64,000 bases of DNA from an uncultured Ectothiorhodospiraceae bacterium (GTDB lineage: Bacteria > Pseudomonadota > Gammaproteobacteria > Nevskiales > Oceanococcaceae). Positions 62,550-64,000 of this stretch are shown here, piece by piece (within the stretch, counting starts at the first letter, position 1; each line of letters opens with the position of its first letter). The stretch is from contig CAKZQS010000043.1 in assembly GCA_937141935.1 (NCBI GenBank), forward strand, positions 25,152-89,151, read 5' to 3'. The notes below the pieces were generated by a model, which was not told the DNA's origin, ran no database searches, and was given only the letters and a program-made list of their open reading frames with translations. Both the position numbers and the translations under genes were made by a program.

Positions 62550-62646
62550 TGCAGCGCGATAGCGTGCACATCGCGATTCGCGTATTCTTTAGGGTAAATT
62601 CGCCTTTTAGACACTTCTCGAATTCGGGTTTAGGGAGATGGACACA

Positions 62647-63159
62647 ATGCTTAAGAAGACTCTGCCCCTGGCCGTAGTTGCCGCGCTGGGCCTGGCCCCC
62701 GCGCTGCAAGTTGCGCATGCGCAGGCCGGTGGCGCCGTCGAATCCTCGGGGTCGCTGTCCCAGCAGGGCGCCAGCAGCGTCGCCGCGGTGCTGGGCATGT
62801 CCCTGTCCGAGGCCATTGCGCAGGGCATGATTGCCCCCGCGGGCCCGGGCACCTACGCCGTGACGCGCAAGGGCGCCAAGGCCGTGCTCGCCGCCAAGGG
62901 CGTTGGCACGGGGGCCACCGGTGGTTCGATGATCGCGGGCCTGGGGCCGGCCGAGCTGACCGCGATGGTCGTCGGCGTGCTGGGCCTGGGTTGGGCGATT
63001 GCCGAAGAGGACGACCTCGAACTGGGTGGTCCTGCGCCGACCACGACGCCGACCGCCCCGCCGACGCCGTCGCCGTCGCCCAGCGACGCGCCGCCGACCA
63101 CCGGCTCCTCGAGCAGCGGTAGCGCCTCGAACACCGGCACCACGGGTTCGGGCACCTAA
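62647..63159 (+). CDS. Small secreted/membrane protein with Gly/Ser/Ala-rich body and Pro/Thr/Ser-rich tail (GfcA/YjbE-like composition)
   Basis: ATG 62647 has better spacing from the AGGGAG Shine-Dalgarno than ATG 62638. Signal peptide MLKKTLPLAVVAALGLAPALQVAHA. Hydrophobic segment LTAMVVGVLGLGWAIA. The tail ends SSSSGSASNTGTTGSGT. Followed by a terminator. Confidence 0.6.
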   Translation: MLKKTLPLAVVAALGLAPALQVAHAQAGGAVESSGSLSQQGASSVAAVLGMSLSEAIAQGMIAPAGPGTYAVTRKGAKAVLAAKGVGTGATGGSMIAGLGPAELTAMVVGVLGLGWAIAEEDDLELGGPAPTTTPTAPPTPSPSPSDAPPTTGSSSSGSASNTGTTGSGT

Positions 63160-63196
63160 GAACGGCCAGCCGGCGCTGCGCGCCGGCCTGTTCTGC

Positions 63197-63224
63197 AAGG
63201 GGCTGGTTTGCCAGCCCCTTTTTT
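63197..63224 (+). terminator. Intrinsic terminator
   Basis: AAGGGGCTGG-tttg-CCAGCCCCTT followed by TTTT. Confidence 0.8.
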
Positions 63225-63276
63225 ATGCCCGCGGTGTTTCGCCGCCCGTTCGATCGTCGCCGATGGCTCTCATTCC

Positions 63277-64000
63277 GTGCCCCTGCTGACCCGCCGCTCG
63301 CTCCGTGCGCTCACGGCGGTGCTCGCGCTGTGCTGGGTCACGGCGGCCCCGGCACGGGTCGCGCTGGAGGGCTTTCCGGGGGCGCTGCTGACGCCCACGG
63401 CGCGTATGGCGCCCAGCGGCCAGTTCGCGCTGAACATGGCCCGGCACCAGCCCTATTCCACGCTGACCCTCAGCGCGCAGGTCTTCCCCTGGTTGCACGG
63501 GGCGATCCGCTATGTGTCGATCGATGATCGGCCCTATGGCCCGGGGATCGACCAGAGCTACAAGGACAAGGGCTTTGATTTCGCCCTGCGCCTGTGGCCG
63601 GAGCTGGGCTACCGGCCGGCCGCGGTCGTCGGCCTGGTCGATGTCGGCGGCACCGGGCTATTCGGCTCCGAATACTTCGCTCTGAGCAAGCGACTGGGCG
63701 CATTCGACGTCGCGCTGGGGCTGGGCTGGGGGCGCCTGGGTGCCGCCGGGGACTTCAGCAACCCCCTGGCGGAGCTGGACGAGCGCTTCGCCGAGCGTGC
63801 CGATTTCGACGAGGTCGAAGGCGGCGAGTTCAACGTCGACGAATGGTTCTCCGGCGATCAGGTGGCCGTGTTCGGCAGCCTGCGCTGGCAGCCGCCCGGC
63901 AGCCGCTGGTCGCTGCTGCTGGAGTGGGACGGCAACGACTACGACGAGCGGGGCCTGGACCCGCAGCGGCCGGATGCCGAGCCCGCCGCGGGCCCGGTCG
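63277..64000 (+). CDS. YjbH/GfcD-family outer-membrane exopolysaccharide protein (5' part; continues beyond the window)
   Basis: Not in the ORF track because there is no stop in the window. My own translation from GTG 63277: VPLLTRRSLRALTAVLALCWVTAAP ... FPGALLTPTARMAPSGQFALN ... QVFPWLHGAIRY ... SYKDKGFDFALRLWPE ... VDVGGTGLFGSEYFALSKRLGAFDVALGLGWGRLG. This matches the conserved YjbH N-terminal pattern as I remember it (TPTARM, FPWLE..RY, YKDKxFD, GGTGLF.EY). Confidence 0.8.
   Translation, partial: MPLLTRRSLRALTAVLALCWVTAAPARVALEGFPGALLTPTARMAPSGQFALNMARHQPYSTLTLSAQVFPWLHGAIRYVSIDDRPYGPGIDQSYKDKGFDFALRLWPELGYRPAAVVGLVDVGGTGLFGSEYFALSKRLGAFDVALGLGWGRLGAAGDFSNPLAELDERFAERADFDEVEGGEFNVDEWFSGDQVAVFGSLRWQPPGSRWSLLLEWDGNDYDERGLDPQRPDAEPAAGPV

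Noticed and set aside
13288-63159. PEP-CTERM/exosortase system (suggested by the EpsD-like PPIase, EpsL-like barrel and Wzc/OPX genes)
   Set aside because: None of the secreted proteins ends in a PEP-TM-Arg sorting signal, no exosortase-like polytopic protein is present in the window, and the Wzc is a single fused protein rather than the split EpsF/EpsG pair.
63225-63527. 100-aa ORF from the track at the start of the last gene region
   Set aside because: It is out of frame with the YjbH-family reading frame (63277 onward), which has strong family motifs. The track omits that frame only because it has no stop within the window.

Overview
Very GC-rich (judged by eye, not computed) proteobacterial-type chromosomal segment. 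Nearly all of it is one large cell-surface glycan biosynthesis and export island. I can support about 50 CDS, and all functional calls rest on motifs read by eye from the translations; no search was run. Contents: (i) a 13-gene plus-strand operon (267..13237) holding a WecA/WbpL-type initiating transferase, GT2/GT4/GT8 glycosyltransferases, two sulfotransferases, a methyltransferase and an MBOAT O-acyltransferase pair. (ii) Two secreted-protein genes on the minus strand: a tandem beta-sandwich protein and a 1635-aa protein carrying two subtilase (S8) domains. (iii) A GT4 / Wzy-like / sulfotransferase block. (iv) A minus-strand export block: O-antigen-ligase-like protein, Wzc-type tyrosine autokinase, a very short Wza-type OPX lipoprotein, an outer-membrane beta-barrel, a FecR-domain protein and a penicillin/AHL-acylase-family lipoprotein. 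(v) rmlBADC plus a GT32. (vi) A 1934-aa multidomain enzyme (sulfotransferase, coiled coil, tandem repeats, GT2, GT4, GT2, methyltransferase) with a GT-A protein and another sulfotransferase. (vii) A probably highly expressed acidic secreted protein with its own promoter and terminator. (viii) An operon with a parvulin lipoprotein, two sulfotransferases, a GT2 and a KpsM/T/E/D-type ABC capsule exporter. (ix) Small Ser/Thr/Pro-rich secreted proteins followed by a YjbH/GfcD-family gene that runs off the window end. Most notable features: seven sulfotransferase domains, each with both PAPS-binding motifs, which implies a heavily sulfated (and O-methylated, O-acylated) polysaccharide; the giant assembly-line enzyme; and parts of three export paradigms side by side. 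No Wzx flippase, KpsC/S or PAPS-synthesis genes are visible here. I found no tRNA, rRNA, CRISPR array, transposase or integrase.
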